A stretch of DNA of 64,000 nt from Guillardia theta CCMP2712 (GCF_000315625.1 NW_005434603.1:248001-312000); one strand, 5' to 3'; counted from the stretch's first letter, positions 1 through 14,902 are shown. Numbers and translations are program-made. The notes: generated by a model from the letters alone, not told the origin.

Positions 1-2429
1 GAAGATGATCGAGATGTTGGGGATCTCCTGGGCGCCAGTCCGGATGAACTTGGTCAGGCGCCGGATCAGCACGCCGGTCGTGCAGAAGAGCAGGCTGCCG
101 CAGGACCGCGGGAGCACGGACTCCTGTCGGATCTGGTAGCCGACGGTCGTCCCAAGGATTTCCACTCGCTCTGCTGCCACTCGCTCTGCAACTGACATGG
201 CCGAGACTCGACGTGGCTGGGTCACCACACAGTGACAGGTTCCACCCATCCCCATGCTCACATAGTGATCGAACACCGCCTGCGGCACTTGCGTCGTCTT
301 GCCGCAGCCCGTGTCCCCGCTGATGATAGTCACTCTGTTCTGCAGGATGGTGCTGACGCACGTCTCCTTCATCTTGAAACCGGGCAGCTGTTGCCTCCCC
401 TCCAGGATCTTGCAGTACCTGGGGTTCTGCTCCCGCTCCTGCGCCAGCAGCGAGTGCTGCCTGTTCCAGAAGGCGATCTCTGACGGCTCGTAGACCCTTG
501 TGGTCTCAGACTCCTCCTCCCCTGCGCCATGGTGACGGTGCTCGATGCTCGCGTGCGGGACGTCACGCAAATTCTCAGCTGCCTTCATGAGGTTCTCGAA
601 CTCAGCTTGAGACGAGAGGAGTGGAACAGCCCCAACGTCTCCTGCATGGATCGACTTGCGCGCTTCCTGCCTCGCCGCCGCCGTCTTCTGCGCTTTGCTC
701 CCTTTCCCAACGATCTTCAACCTGCCCAACTGAGCAAGCTTCACGCACGCGTCGAGCGCGGCATATTTCTCTGCCGTCTTCTTGTTGGAGGCCTTGCCGT
801 AGCCCACCAGATCTCCAATCATGCTCCCTCCCACGTCGGGGATTCTGACGGAGGCGAAGAAGACGGGAGCATGCGCAGAACCTTGGGACTCTACTTGGAA
901 CTCAAGGCCACCTGGGGCAGACGCGCATCAGCAACAACGTCCCCTCAGAAGCGAGGTGCACCTGAATGTTTGCCTACCGAGGCCTGGAGGTGACCCTTAG
1001 CATCATCAAGGGAGATATCGAGCGTCTCAGCGTTGATGTCGAGGTTGATCCCAACAGTCTGGACCTGCTCAGCCTTGAGAGCAGCCGCTCGCTCGTTCAT
1101 CTCCCGCGGGCGATGAAACGACTCGCTCCCTGTCATGCTACTCTTGCCTCCCCGCGACCTCACGTTCCGCCCGTGCGGGTCGTTCCTCCACGGCTTCCCG
1201 TTTTCTTCAGCCAGCGACTCCCAGCTGTTCACAACGTTGCCACCCCTGCTCGACTCCTGCTCGGACCTCTTGGGACCGGCCCTGTTCTTCTCTCTCCTCA
1301 TGTTGTTGGGCATCGGCCTGCCGTCGAAGGCGCCCAGGGACTTCATCTCGTGGAACGCCTTCTCAGCTGCTGCTTGCTCCGACGCCTGAACCAGCATGTC
1401 ATCTCCTCCGCACGCCCCCGCTGCACTTGACTCCCTCCTACCTTCTTGTTGGGCCCCTCGCCCACGTAAGCGCAAGGCTGCCTCGAGACTGGGTTGTACA
1501 ACTTGATGGTACACTGGAACTGGGGCCGGTTGAGAGGCCCTGGGAGCTGAACGATCTGCCGTGATCAAGGGCGTGAGAAGCTCCTCCTGGCCGAACCCAA
1601 CTCACGTCAAAGGTCGCCGGGTTGATCTTCATCTTCGAGCAGATGTCTAGCAACGCTCCCTTGTAGTTGCCCGACATGATGTTCTGCGACACGAACTCCT
1701 CCCCCCTTTCGCTAGAGTTGCGAGGAGGGTTCCCGAAGCTCCTCCCAGGATCTCTCGGAGAATCCTCTCCCACCTGTCAGGACGTCAGGGTATGCTCTCG
1801 GCCAGTACCGCCCACGACTGAGAGCTCTGCAGGAGCTGGTTGACCAATCAAGGAACGAGGGGACGACATTGGGGTTGGGGGAGCGCGGGGGAGGGTCGTG
1901 GTGAGAGGAAGTCACGACAACAAGCAGGAAGCAGGACAAGGAGCAACGTCCTCCTTCTTTCTCTAACTCCATGGCCCCCACAAGAAGCTCACAGAACATT
2001 TGCCGAAGGATCGGGGGTGAGACAACATGAAAGGTCAGAATGTGCATGCAGGAACCGGCCGGCGAGGGGAGAGGGACACATCTCATCGGCAGGGGCTCGT
2101 GAATGCTGAATCACGTGCACACAAGGAAGAGTTTGCGACAAGGAATCTCTGCCATGCAGAGAGCAACTCCACACACACAGCAGGTCCAAGGCGGGAACTA
2201 ACATGGCAGAGGGCATGACTCACCCGTCCGGAACGCGAGGATAGACCCCCATCTCTTGCTTCGGCATGAGGTATCCAGCCAGGCTCCTCCCACGCGTCTC
2301 TGTTCCACCCCCCTCCCCCCTCCCTCCGTCCCTCCCTCGTCCTCCTCCTCGTCCTCCTCCCCCTCTCCCTCCCTCTCCTCCTCCTCCTCCCCCTTCCCGA
2401 TCGCCCCAACCGCCTCCTCCCTGCTGCAT
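1..2429 (-). CDS. DEAH-box RNA helicase (DHX9/DHX30/DHX36-like) with N-terminal RGG tract and dsRNA-binding domain; multi-exon, 3' part outside window
   Basis: Minus-strand reading near 1-330 gives ISGDTGCGKTTQVPQ (motif I), VTQPRRVSAMSVAERVAAER (Ia), VGYQIR and LLFCTTGVL (Ib). NYKGALLDICSKMKI...ASEQAAAEKAF is dsRBD-like. A Gly/RGG-rich first exon starts at ATG 2429; the 5' exon assignment is less certain. Confidence 0.85.
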
Positions 2430-2561
2430 GCTGACTCAGCGCCCACTCGTAGGACCTGCAGCGGGCCAACCCCACGAGGCCGGATCCTCCGGCGTCGTAG
2501 CCGACGCCGGGTCAAGTGCCGTGCAGCTCAGTGACTCGGGCCGGGCGCGCAATTGAAGAGC

Positions 2562-3991
2562 ATGGCGGGTGCGGGGAGAGCGACGATGATGGCGATGGGG
2601 CGAAGATGGATGGCAACCAGGTTCCGAAGGAAGGAAGACTTCTACACGAAAGAGGTGAGACGCGTGAAGGGGTTGGGACAGGGAGGCAGAGAAAAAGAGA
2701 GAAAGGGAGGATGAGGGAAAATTTCAATTGTGAGAGCTTTCTGAGGAAACTTTGACAAGCTCCGACGGCATCTCAACACGATATGTCGCATCTTGTCTTT
2801 GTGCTTGCTCACATATCACGAGTGAAGCTCATCATACCGGACAGCGCGTGACTGACGTCCTTAAGGCCAAGGCGATCGGAGCGAGGAGCCGTGCTTTCTT
2901 CAAGCTCGAGCAGATCAACGATTCCTACAAGATCATCCGTACCGGTGCTCCCCCTCGACCCTCTGCCTCTGTGCCGTCTGACGAGGGAGATCAGGCATGT
3001 TTGTCGTTGACCTCGGAGCAGCGCCAGGAGGATGGTCCGTCGCCGCCTCACAGCTGGTGCGGTGAAATGGCCGGTTTCCCCATATGCTGATGCACGCGGA
3101 CCAGCTCCGGGCGGATGAGATCGAGAGCAGGCAAAGGCAGGCCCCGTCAAGCGGTAGCAAGTGTCAGCCCGTGTCAAAGTCCCTGACGGCTGATAAGGCC
3201 AGGATGTGGGAGGGGAAAGATCGAGAAGCAAGGGGAGGGTGATCAGTTGCGACCTGCTGGACATGGCGGGAGTATGAGGAGATGATGGCGTGCGAGAGGA
3301 GGACTGAAGATGTGAAGATTCCAGGGACAACCTTCATCAAGGGAGACTTCACCGATGACCAAGTCAGAGCAAGAGTGAGCACTCAGCGTTTCTTTGATCC
3401 CCGCCTGACCTTGTTCTGAACACTAGATCTTGCAAGAGTGCAGCGAAGGGGGCGGTGTTGATGTTGTCCTGAGTGACATGGCGCCGAACTGTTGTGGTAG
3501 ACTGCGTGCCTGTGCATGGGATGAGGAGCTGAAAGTTGGGGTAGGCGACGCCCAGATCGACCACATGCGCATCATCGAGCTTGCAAGACTTGCCCACGAG
3601 TTCTCGTGAGCATTTCAACCCCCTGAAGTACATTTGTGACTCGGGAGGGTCAGGTTGTCCTGTCTCAAGCCCAACGGGAGTTTTCTCGTCAAGATTTTCA
3701 ACGGAAAGGAGATGCCGGAGTATCTAGCCGAGGTCAGTCACAACTCTTCATGCCCCTGGCTCGGTTGACAGGAAGCGCGTAAAGGTGAAGAATACTTTCC
3801 AGAACGTTCAGTTCGTCAAGCCACCAGCCTCTCGTGAGTACCTTGAACTTTCTGATTTCATTGGTACATATGATACAGTCAACTCTATTTACATCGCCTT
3901 GTCTTAAGGATTCTCTCTGACGATGATAATCCCTGCAGGACCCGTAAGCTCTGAGATGTACATATTGGCAAGGAAGCTAAAGGCCAACTAA
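2562..3991 (+). CDS. MRM2: Ribosomal RNA 2'-O-methyltransferase, RlmE/FtsJ family, probably mitochondrial MRM2; multi-exon
   Basis: Spliced motifs DFYTKEAKAIGARSRAFFKLEQI, VVDLGAAPGGWS, FIKGDFT, DVVLSDMAPN, FLVKIFNG, VKPPASR, SEMYI. Arg-rich leader MAGAGRATMMAMGRRWMATR. Confidence 0.9.
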
Positions 3992-4026
3992 AAACTCACT
4001 GAAAAATCTCCGCCGCTGCAAGGATA

Positions 4027-5514
<1,488 letters not shown>

Positions 5515-6179
5515 GCTTGATTTTTCTGTGGTTTCTAGAAAGAAAAGTCAGCAATCCAGATGATACTTAGTCGAGTCTGATGCCGTTTGAGCTAGCACTA
5601 GTGATGGTGAGAAGAACGAAACAAGATCATCATAGCAGCGAGGAAAGAAATCTGATCGATGACAAGTGAAGGAAGGGCAGCAAGGGAGAGGTACAGACAG
5701 GAGGGCATCACTGAAAGAGAGAAGTAGGCAGGGTGAAGCAAGAAGCTCGCACAGGTAGGAGCCGATCGAGCGACGTCGCTACCGGTAATTGAGATCTCCG
5801 CAAGGAGATTCCACACCACAGAAATCCTTTATAAATGATACATGTACTAAAACACCTTTAAACCCTCTCTTTCTGAAATTACATCCATATAAAAATCCAA
5901 AACAGATCTTTTCGAGAAGAAGGGTGTCTTGTGATCTGGCTGACGTGTACGAGCATGACAAGCCGGAGGCCGCAATTTGACCGTCGCAGGCTACTGACAT
6001 CGTGTCCGACGGTTACGTTGACGGTTACTCTGAGCCTCTTCCCTTCTCAAGTCTGTTGCCCCCTGTGTTGCCCCGGTGGCACTGACTACTGGTCTCTGAG
6101 GCTAGCTTGCCTTGCTGGTGTTAACTCACTGAGAGTCTAGCGACTATCATCCCTCATCGGATGATCATAGTCAACCGTT

Positions 6180-6620
6180 GAACCGTCGCAGTGGTTGGTG
6201 AGGCTTGAACCGCACAGTGATTTAGTTGTGACTCCCGGCTACCGCACGGTCCTCGCTGGCAGCTTCAAGCTCAGGCTGCCCGGCCACAGTCGTAGGAGTA
6301 AACTTCGAGCCGCGGCGGTAGCGGTGGCGAAACTACACGGCACGGTCAATCATCAGGGCCCGGCCTGGGCCCGGCCCTTTTAGGCGGTCCTGAAAGCAAT
6401 ATTCGATACTCCCGGGCCGCACGGGCTAGTGCACGGTACGCCGCCGGTACTTCGGAGCGCCCGGCCGCCGGGCTTCACGGCGGCCACCGTCGCACTGTCA
6501 GTTGACCGAGTCTACTATGGTGCCGCTCAGCCTCACCGGGCACTCCTACGGAAAGTACCGTCGGCGGACTCCCGGGTTCGGGATCAAAGTTCGGAACCGT
6601 CTTGCCAGGCGAAAGGCGGA
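6180..6620. other. GC-rich, palindrome-rich intergenic island
   Basis: Dense ccgg/gggccc/cggtac motifs, no credible protein; similar composition recurs at other islands in the window. Confidence 0.5.
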
Positions 6621-6749
6621 GGCAGCAGTTTTGATGATTCCGTGGCCCATCTCAGCTCGAAGAGCTTTCAAGTTTATTTCCAACACAACAATCAAAAACA
6701 ATCAAGAATCATTCACTGTATGTACATGCGATCGAACGCGTTAAGGTAC

Positions 6750-9700
6750 CTAGTTCCATCCAACTCTCGTCTCTCCATCCATAGGGATGACGTCTACCCT
6801 CTCGTCCCTGGGTGTGACTTTGACTGAGATCACCTCGTCGTTCTTGGGCGACCCATCGCCATCGTACACCTCGGAAAGAACTTTAGAGATGATCTCGTTG
6901 TGCAGCCTTCCTTTCTCCCTCCTGAGGTCTCCCACCACGATGGGGTACGACCCGAGTCCAGCTGACTTGGCGCCGAAGACGGAGGTGGAGAAGATAAGGG
7001 AGATGACGTTGATGATGGAGGTTGTCGACAGCGTCATGTTGATCTTGATGGAGATCACCATAGTCGGAAGAGCCTCGAAGAGGATGAGGAAGAGATCGCC
7101 GCGCAGTCTCTCCCGAGCCCTCTGGAGGTTCTCGATGATGTCGATGTGGGAGATGCCGCCGGCCTCCTGCGAGTTCGTCCTGATGAGGGAGAAAGCCTGG
7201 GACAGCCTCTTGGAGACTTCCTGCCTCGTCTCGTCGGTCTCGTTGTTCGGAGAGGACGGAACGACCTTGGACCAACTGGTCAGCGAAGGCTTCCTCTGGT
7301 CGAAGGAGGCGTTGGCGACGGCCTCAGCATGCTTCCTGACGAACACGTCGTTCTTGGTCGCGTCCTTCTGGATGATGATGTGACGGAAGTGGTTGAAGGT
7401 GAGGCGGAGGTTGTGGAAGGTCGAGATCCATCCGAGGATGATGAACAGGATGCACATGGGGAACAGGTCGACAAGCTCCTCCTTCTTGGCCACGAGGAGG
7501 AAGACAGACATGGTGAAGGTAGTGACGTCAGAAACGTTGATGATCATGTCTGTCAGCAGGCAGATCTCCTCCGAGAAGATAGTTGCCACCAGCTTGTCAA
7601 AGTCCAGCTTCCCGCTCTTGAACGCCCACATCAAAGAGGACAGGAACAGGAGGATGATGGAGGCGAAGGCAGCAGCAGTGATGAAGGCCGTGATACTGGC
7701 GCTGGGTTTGGGGGGGTCCAGGATACTCTTGCCATTGCACTTGAAGCTGTTGAGGATATCCGTGGCCTTGAGGTCAGGGTCGAATCCGAGGGGAGCCAGG
7801 TTTGCCTTGATGAGAGGGAGCGAGTAGTTGACGTTGGTGAACTTCCCAACAGCCTTGGGATGCCCGTACATCCACCCGATGAACATGGTCATGGCGACTG
7901 CAGGGTCGTTGATCCCGCAGTCCTCGTTCTTCTTGTCCGTCAGGGAAAAGGCTTTGGGAGCGATTACGTTGTATCCTTCCGACAGCGGGTAGCAGCCGTT
8001 GTCCACTGAGCCCTTGGGAAGCTCGTATGCCCCGTAAGAGTTCATGGTGTCAGCCTTGGCGCATCGGAGGACGGCGTCCACGGAGTACGAGATTTTCTTG
8101 CCGGTAGACGACTGAAAGTCAGCAACTTGCACGGTAGAGGGAATGTCGTTGAGGGGACCGAAGCCGACCGCGAACCGCTTCTCTCCGAGCACGCCCATGA
8201 AGGGGGAGTTGGACAGGGAGGTCTGGCACTGCCAGGAGTTCTCAGTGAAGCTCGAGTCGAAGGTAGAGAGGATCTCGGTCATGATGGCTCGGTCCTCCGA
8301 TCCCACCTCGGGACAGATCATGTACATCTCCTGGTTCACGAGATTTGGGTTCAACGTTGGGTTCAGGGCCTTGAGAGCACCGAAGGTCGGCTTCTGTGTC
8401 TTGAGCAGCTGCGCCAGCGTCTTGCCGTCCACCACCAGCTTGTCAGTCGTCGTGTCGCACTTGGCCACCTTGGTGGCATCTCCACAGAGGTTGTAGATCA
8501 GCCCGTAGCCGATCCCAGCTGAAGTTCAGCAGCCGTCAGAACTTTTGTATGACGTCACTGTCGGATGCTCACCTAGGGGGATGACAAGTTGAGACGAAGT
8601 GCTCGCCCATGCCGGCTTTGACCCGCTGCGAACTACAGCGAAGCCTCCTCGCTGTGGGAGCATGTTGTTGTAGGCGTCGTTGGACTGCGACTCCTCGTAC
8701 ATCTTCAACCACCATGTCAGCTGCAACGATCTAGGGCAGCAAGCAAACTTACATTGAACGTGACAGAAGGGTCAACTCCGATGTAAGTGTTGCCAAGGAT
8801 CCCAAGAGTGGTGAAGACGACTGGGATGGTGTGCCCATCGATGACTTTGACGTTGCTGTTGTCAAACGCCACCACCCCGTCGCACTTGATGTCGGCCTTG
8901 AGGCGAGTCAGGACAGTGTTCTGAACGATCTCGGGCAGAGGAGCAAAGCCGTGGGAGCGAGCCAAGTTCCTCGCTACCTCTGACGTATGAAACCAGATCC
9001 AAAAGTTCACTGTGGCCTTGCGGTGCAGGCAAGTAGCGCCAGTCCTCAGCGTGTTCTTTCTCATCACCAGGTAAGTGTATCCCACCATCGGCCATGCGAG
9101 CGAGCCCTGGGCGTTCATGACGTTGGCAGTCAGCCTCTCTGGAGGGTCCTGGTTGTTGCCGAAATCTGCCAGCCGAGCACAAGTCAGCCCGAGCACAACA
9201 AGAGCAAGCAGTCCTCACCTAGACCCATCTCTGCGACTGCAAACTCGACGGCTGCAGCCGAGGCTCGAATCGGGGTGCTGGACCCAGGCTTGATGATCAT
9301 GGCGGACTTGAGCTTCAGCTTGAGCGCAACTCCCAGCACCGAGTAACCAATGGAGTAATCTGTTGCCAGGACGCCGGACGCAACGCCATTGTTCTCGTCG
9401 CGATACTCATAGCGGGCTGTTGAGTTCCAGACAGGCTTCGAGGAGGTTCCAATCTGCTTGGAAAAGAAGGTCGACGCTCCAGCGAGAGATTTCTTCCAGA
9501 TCTCCGTCGTGCCCGAGTCTTCGTTACGGACAAAGACGGTGATCGCAGCTTGAAGCTTCTTCAAGACTTCTGCACCAACTTGATTTCCTCCCGCCACATT
9601 GTCGTTGTAGATGGCCGAGTCGTTCCAATACCTGAACACAAGAAACAGTGTGAGCAACGAGATCATCGGGGACGCTTCATTCCATTACTTGATTTGGCCC

Positions 9701-10164
9701 GAAAAGATCATGGCGACAGTTGCTGGAGTCAAGATCAGGTCCAGGCTTCGTGCTTCGAGCTCTGGAATGTTGTAGATAGGGACGACAGCTCCCGCTACCG
9801 AAGGATACATCTGCAGGTCTGGGTACTGAGCGTACTGATCAGGCTTCAACAGGGAATCGGAGCCGGCGAAGTCGATGTTGAAGGGAGGTCCGAACCCGTC
9901 GTCTTTCATCTTGTCTCCGAGCATGATCCTGTTCTTGCCTCCGCCTGACCCAGTGGGCAAGTACGACATGGACACAGTAGGGTCAACAAATTGATATGCG
10001 AACATGGCATCCATGTACAGCTCTTCGGGAAAAGTTGCACCGGCAGCATAAATATGCGTTACCTGGGAGGTGTTCACCGCAACTTCTGCGCATGTACAAA
10101 CTTGAAAGGAATGAAGAAGAATAATTAAGAGGACAGGGAAGGAGCTCGTTCGAACGCCAGGCAT
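6750..10164 (-). CDS. Signal peptide + PstS-type phosphate-binding domain + degenerate second PstS-like domain + ~5-TM C-terminal domain (~1070 aa, 5 exons)
   Basis: GATFP, TGSGGG, DFAGSD, GAVVPIYNIP, IFSGQIKYWND, RNEDSGTT, SIGY, WPMVGYTYL and GFAPLP match PstS. Four short GT-AG introns join the ORFs in frame. Second repeat YGLIYNL...LVVDGKTLAQLL...ALNPTL. Hydrophobic helices at ~7700-6950. Confidence 0.85.
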
Positions 10165-12549
10165 TATACGCTTGAGCTCTTTCAATGTATTGTAGTCACG
10201 TCGATATCTTGCTGTTCGAAGCAGCTCAAGGTTCGTTCAACAGCTTTAGCTCGAAGAATTCGATCAGAGTAGGAGAGCTGGCCAAGGAAAGGGAGGCGTG
10301 ATGGAGACGCGTAACAGGCAAGACGTGAAGGTTAAGAGGAACAAGATCGGGGAAGCATAACAGTTGAGGAGTAGAAACTGCTGATGGTGGAGGGGAAGGA
10401 GGGAGGGTTGGGAGCGGGGAAAGTGCTCAGGATCCGTAAGAAGCGTGAGGCTTTAGCAGGGGGTGGGTGTTCCTCTGGATGGGGTAGGGGGATGAAACTA
10501 GCATCAAGTACCCACAGAACTGTTATAAAATGAAGGGGTGGTGTAGGACTTTGTTGGAATCAACGGGGTGCAGTATTTTATTGCTGAGTCTTGAGGAGGG
10601 GGTCATAGGCTTTCATGGGGACCAATAGGGGTAGGGTAGCAAGCGACAGGGGTGAGGGTGGTCATTTGTAAGAGGAGTGTGGTCAGACTGCGATGTGCGA
10701 ACACCCAACATCACCCCACCCCCAAAATGACTCCTGAAAGTATAAGAAGTCGAGCATATTGGTAGGGTGGGGTACGGATTGAGGAGTAAGTGGGTCAAAG
10801 GGAGTACATGGGTGGGTGCGCTTGAAAATAGGGGGTGGGGTGGGGGGTGGGAGGTTCAACGGATGTGTTTTTGCTGTTTTCTTTCTTTTTTGCTGAAACG
10901 ACGTAGAAAACTAGGTAGATTTGCGAAAAGATGTGATTTCACGTCTAGATTGAAGTCGGAGCTCCCCTTGGAATAACTTCTCGCTCCTCTGGTACTGGGT
11001 AGAACAGGTTCTGGTACAAATTACACAGTACAAATAATAATCACTGCTGGTCTCCAGGGGAGATTGTATTGATAAGTACATTTCTATTATTGGTTGTACA
11101 TGTAGTATACCGTCTCTGTAGAGTAGTCGCTTCGAATCGTACACCTCAAAATACTTTTAAACTCAAGATAAAACTTGATCTTCTTAAATGTTATCTTCTT
11201 AGTGATCTCAGAGGGGTTGACCTCCCCCTTCTCCCATGTCCAAGTACCCCTACATCCCTCCGACCACCTACCCTGCTGTTCATCTCATGAATTGTACCCC
11301 CACCCATCTATCCAATTCCGAAATGGGTATACCACCCCTCATTTTGGAAGTGTTCTCATAACAACCCACCACCCCAGGGTACCCTAACGACTCCTCGAAC
11401 ATGGCCCCCCTATCTACTTCTACGGCCGCGAGGACAACCCAGAAGACGTATCCTACGTTCCCGTCCCCGCAGGTACATGTGGGGACCCACCCCCTTGGAG
11501 CAGTGCCTGTCATGACCTAGAATATAATAATGATAGACCTTTCAATCACTCATTGCAACATCCAACCAACAATGATGTGATATCACCATTTGGGCGGCAT
11601 GGACGGACGCTGACAACATTACGTTCCTCACGACTTGCAATGCTACAGCCAGTTTGGGCTCTTACATGGTGATGTTCAACACACCACAATCACGAATTAA
11701 TGCAAGGCTGTAATTGACATTGAGATGGCAAACCAGTGAGATGGGTGCGTAGAAACATTCAGAAGCTTTTCGACAATATCTTGCAATGATATACAGTGAT
11801 CATGATGACAGCAGATCAAGCAGAAAGTTGTTTTCATGACTCATATCAATTTACTCCATGTTTTTCCATACCTCGGTTGCTGCATGGAACACTGCTGGTT
11901 GAATCTCGGTTCCCAGGATCTATGTACGTTTGTGTTGAATTGAGGAAGAGCCGTTTCGCAAGCGGCTGCTATGGCGGATACCTTCAGCATCGACGAGGAA
12001 CTGGCGAGCATCATGATCGACCGTCGGAGAGGAATTGTAAATATATCGATCGATCATCACTTTGTGATTCACTTTTCTAAATGAAAATCTGCCTTCTCAT
12101 AGAATACTGACAGAGTAGAGTTGTACTTTCTCAGGCAAAGAACACTTGTGAATCATCCTACTTGTCTCACCACACACTGCAATGTAAACACAGCAATTCG
12201 TGTAACATGTATTGGTCATCCAGCGCATCAAGAACAGCCCGAAGCATGAAGCCTCACAGCTGGCTCATGTAGTCTAGAGCAGGGCACTTGTGCTGCAATC
12301 TTTCAACCCACAGGGTATTTAAAGAGGTGGAAGCAAAGCTCAATTGACGTACCATGATCATAATTTCGTTTCTTCTACTACTCTGAGATTGGCCTTTCCG
12401 ACCGAGCGCAACCTCCAACTTCTTGAGGACCCAAAAAAATAAACCATCACCAAATCTTTTTTAACCACCCCACCCTTGGCATCACCCAATCATTTTCAAC
12501 CCCACCCTTTGCGAGCATAATTAAAACCTCGTACGTCTCCTTGCGGCAG

Positions 12550-13220
12550 ATCGGACGTAGGGCTTGCCCGGGGGGGCGTCCGATCCGGCAATTAACGGCC
12601 CGGTTGAACAAGATGCGTTTCATGTACCGTACGGTACTCGGAAGCGGCTTCTTAGCTTCTTCTCAGTGCTGACTTTCACAAAGTCAGCACTGCATGGGAC
12701 CGTCGGACCAAGGATGTGTAACTTCAAGGCAGCCTCAGGCTCGCCGAGTGACCCGGTGGCCCACTGCGGCCCGGCCAGGCTGCGGCCCGCGGGGCCCGGG
12801 TCCGCCGCCAACTCACTGGCAGTGACTGTCACGGCCGCACACGCGGCACGCCGCAGGCGTACCTCACGGTACCGTGAGGTACCGTGGTGACGACCGTACG
12901 GTGAGCCTCAGAGGGCCAACGTCCGGAGTCCGTGACGCCGGGTGCCCGGCCCCGGCCCGGCCCGGGTTCTTTCAAAGTAACGCCCTCCCGCCGGAGTTTG
13001 AGAGCCAACTTCAAACGGTCACAGAGTCACGCCGGTCGCGGCATCTCGGATGATCTGCTGTTGAGTGGCACCATCTGCCACCGCCGTACAGTTCGCCCGG
13101 CGCCCAACATTCAGGCATGGAGCGCCGGTGCCTCAATGACTTTACCAGTTGCTCAAGCACATTTGTCGAGCTGCACTGCACTTTGTGCGACCCACTGGTC
13201 CGGTGGCCGGGAGGTACTGT
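12550..13220. other. GC-rich, palindrome-rich intergenic island
   Basis: Includes perfect 14-bp palindrome gtaccgtacggtac (12624-12637) and cccggcccggcccggcccgg runs. Confidence 0.5.
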
Positions 13221-13464
13221 TGAGCGGCTGATCCACAATGGACGGTATCAATGGACGTTTACAACAAGGCACTGAGTGAAGCTCTGGGGTGTTGAACAGG
13301 AATGTGAGTAATGCGCATGCCTCATGGGTTCTGCATTCTTGTGACACTTCCCCTGTAGTGAACACCAATCTTCGTTCAGGGCATTTATCAGGAATCAATC
13401 ATGCCTGACCAACTGGCTGACCGTCGCCACCGCGGAGTCAATCATTACACAGGACCGATCGACC

Positions 13465-14290
13465 TCAAAGGATGTTTCGCATGCGATAATGACCTGCGGA
13501 TGGAATGAAAGCTGTCATGCAATACATCGAAGACATCAGTAGCAAAGGCTTATAAAAAATGATAGCCGTTTTGCCCTGCAAAGAGTCATGTCCTGTGTGC
13601 AATTGCCAAACTTTCGGGACGCAGCACCTTTTGCTCATGACTGCATACAAAAAGATTGATTGACGGTATCATGGTGGTCAGAATGATCAACCATCCTTCG
13701 AGAAAATTCAACCAATGAGGGTCGTTGATCATGTACGTTGCGAGGGCATGTTGAAATGTTCTAATCATTACATTTTACTTGCTTTTAGTCGATGTCTTGG
13801 AGTGAGCTCCATGCGATATCAGGCTCTTGAAAAAGTTCGGGGCGTCCGAAGGAAGATAAGTGTAGCCCTGCAAAAGAGCGAGAGGAGAGAATCAGTTACG
13901 ATAGTAGGAAAAGAACATCAGGACAAACCTCGTTCTCCTTGAATCCTTCTGTGAGACTCTTGTAAAACTTAGGGTAGTGCAGCTTGAAAGTGGGCTCATA
14001 CCCTTCAAACGGTCGAAACACGGGTTTTGGCTTTGGAGTTGTCTCTTCCACGTAGTCTTGAAGCTTTCCTATGGTGTCTTGCATGGTCGGCGACAGAAGT
14101 GCCACCATCAAACGTGTGTCGGCAAACATTATCCCCCAATTCAGGTTATATCATAACCCTTTCAGATCTCTCTCACCTCCTTGCCTCCTCTTCACTAAGC
14201 TGTTCCTGTTCACTCAAGTGGATGGGAAAACAGATCGATCAGGCCTTCTTCATCGCGCTGACCACCATCCCTCCACTGCCATTGCAGCTA
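13465..14290 (-). CDS. Hypothetical multi-exon protein
   Basis: Protein-like exon segments (TMQDTIGKLQDYVEETTPKPKPVFRPFEGYEPTF; YMINDPHWLNFLEGWLIILTTMIP) bounded by GT/AG; no recognised family; ends uncertain. Confidence 0.35.
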
Positions 14291-14902
14291 TTCCCGGCGG
14301 ACCCACCCACCCTCTGTCTGTTCTACAAAATAGTGGAAATCTGGTGAAGACTCGGGGGTGGGGTAGGGGTCTGTACCGGGAACGGTTCGCCCGGCCCGGC
14401 TGGGCCGGGCCGCACCCCGGCGGTGAAAAAAAAGGTTTCAACGGCAGTCAATCAATGGAAGCGGCTGGCCTTGTGCGATGCTGTGGCGCGGCCAACTTGC
14501 AAGCATGGCGACGAGCATGCAGTGCTGCTCAGTCACGGCAGTAAGTCACAAGTCAACGCCGTGACGGCTGCCATACTGTAATAAAGTGGTACCGGGTCAG
14601 CCATGATCCATCGCCACTGTGATGATCGGATGACTGACTCCGAAGCTCAGTGAGCCGATTCAAAAGCCATGATGCGGCTGTGCCTTCTAGGCTAGTTCGG
14701 ATGATTTGCTAACTTAAAGTTCGCCGTGTCCACGGTCGCCAACTTGAAGTTGGACTTGAAGTTTCGGTTGTGCTGAGTTTACTGTGAGCCTTCAAGCATG
14801 TCATATAGAGACGACCACCTGTGCGAGTTTCGTGGAAGGTGCGTGAGAAACTTGGCTGCTCTCTCATGCGCGTTGTTTCGTGCGCTGACTTCATGAGTCA
14901 GA

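Noticed and set aside
2512-2727. Signal-peptide-like ORF MKFSLILPFSLFLC
   Set aside because: Begins at TTG, antisense to MRM2 exon 1 and its purine-rich intron.
7146-8009. Long antisense ORFs (also 60171-61097, 41697-42161)
   Set aside because: Shadows of GC3-rich coding sequence on the opposite strand.
11520-12430. Possible small gene (also 16100-17050 and 39100-40390)
   Set aside because: Exon-like fragments only; no consistent frame or recognisable motif.
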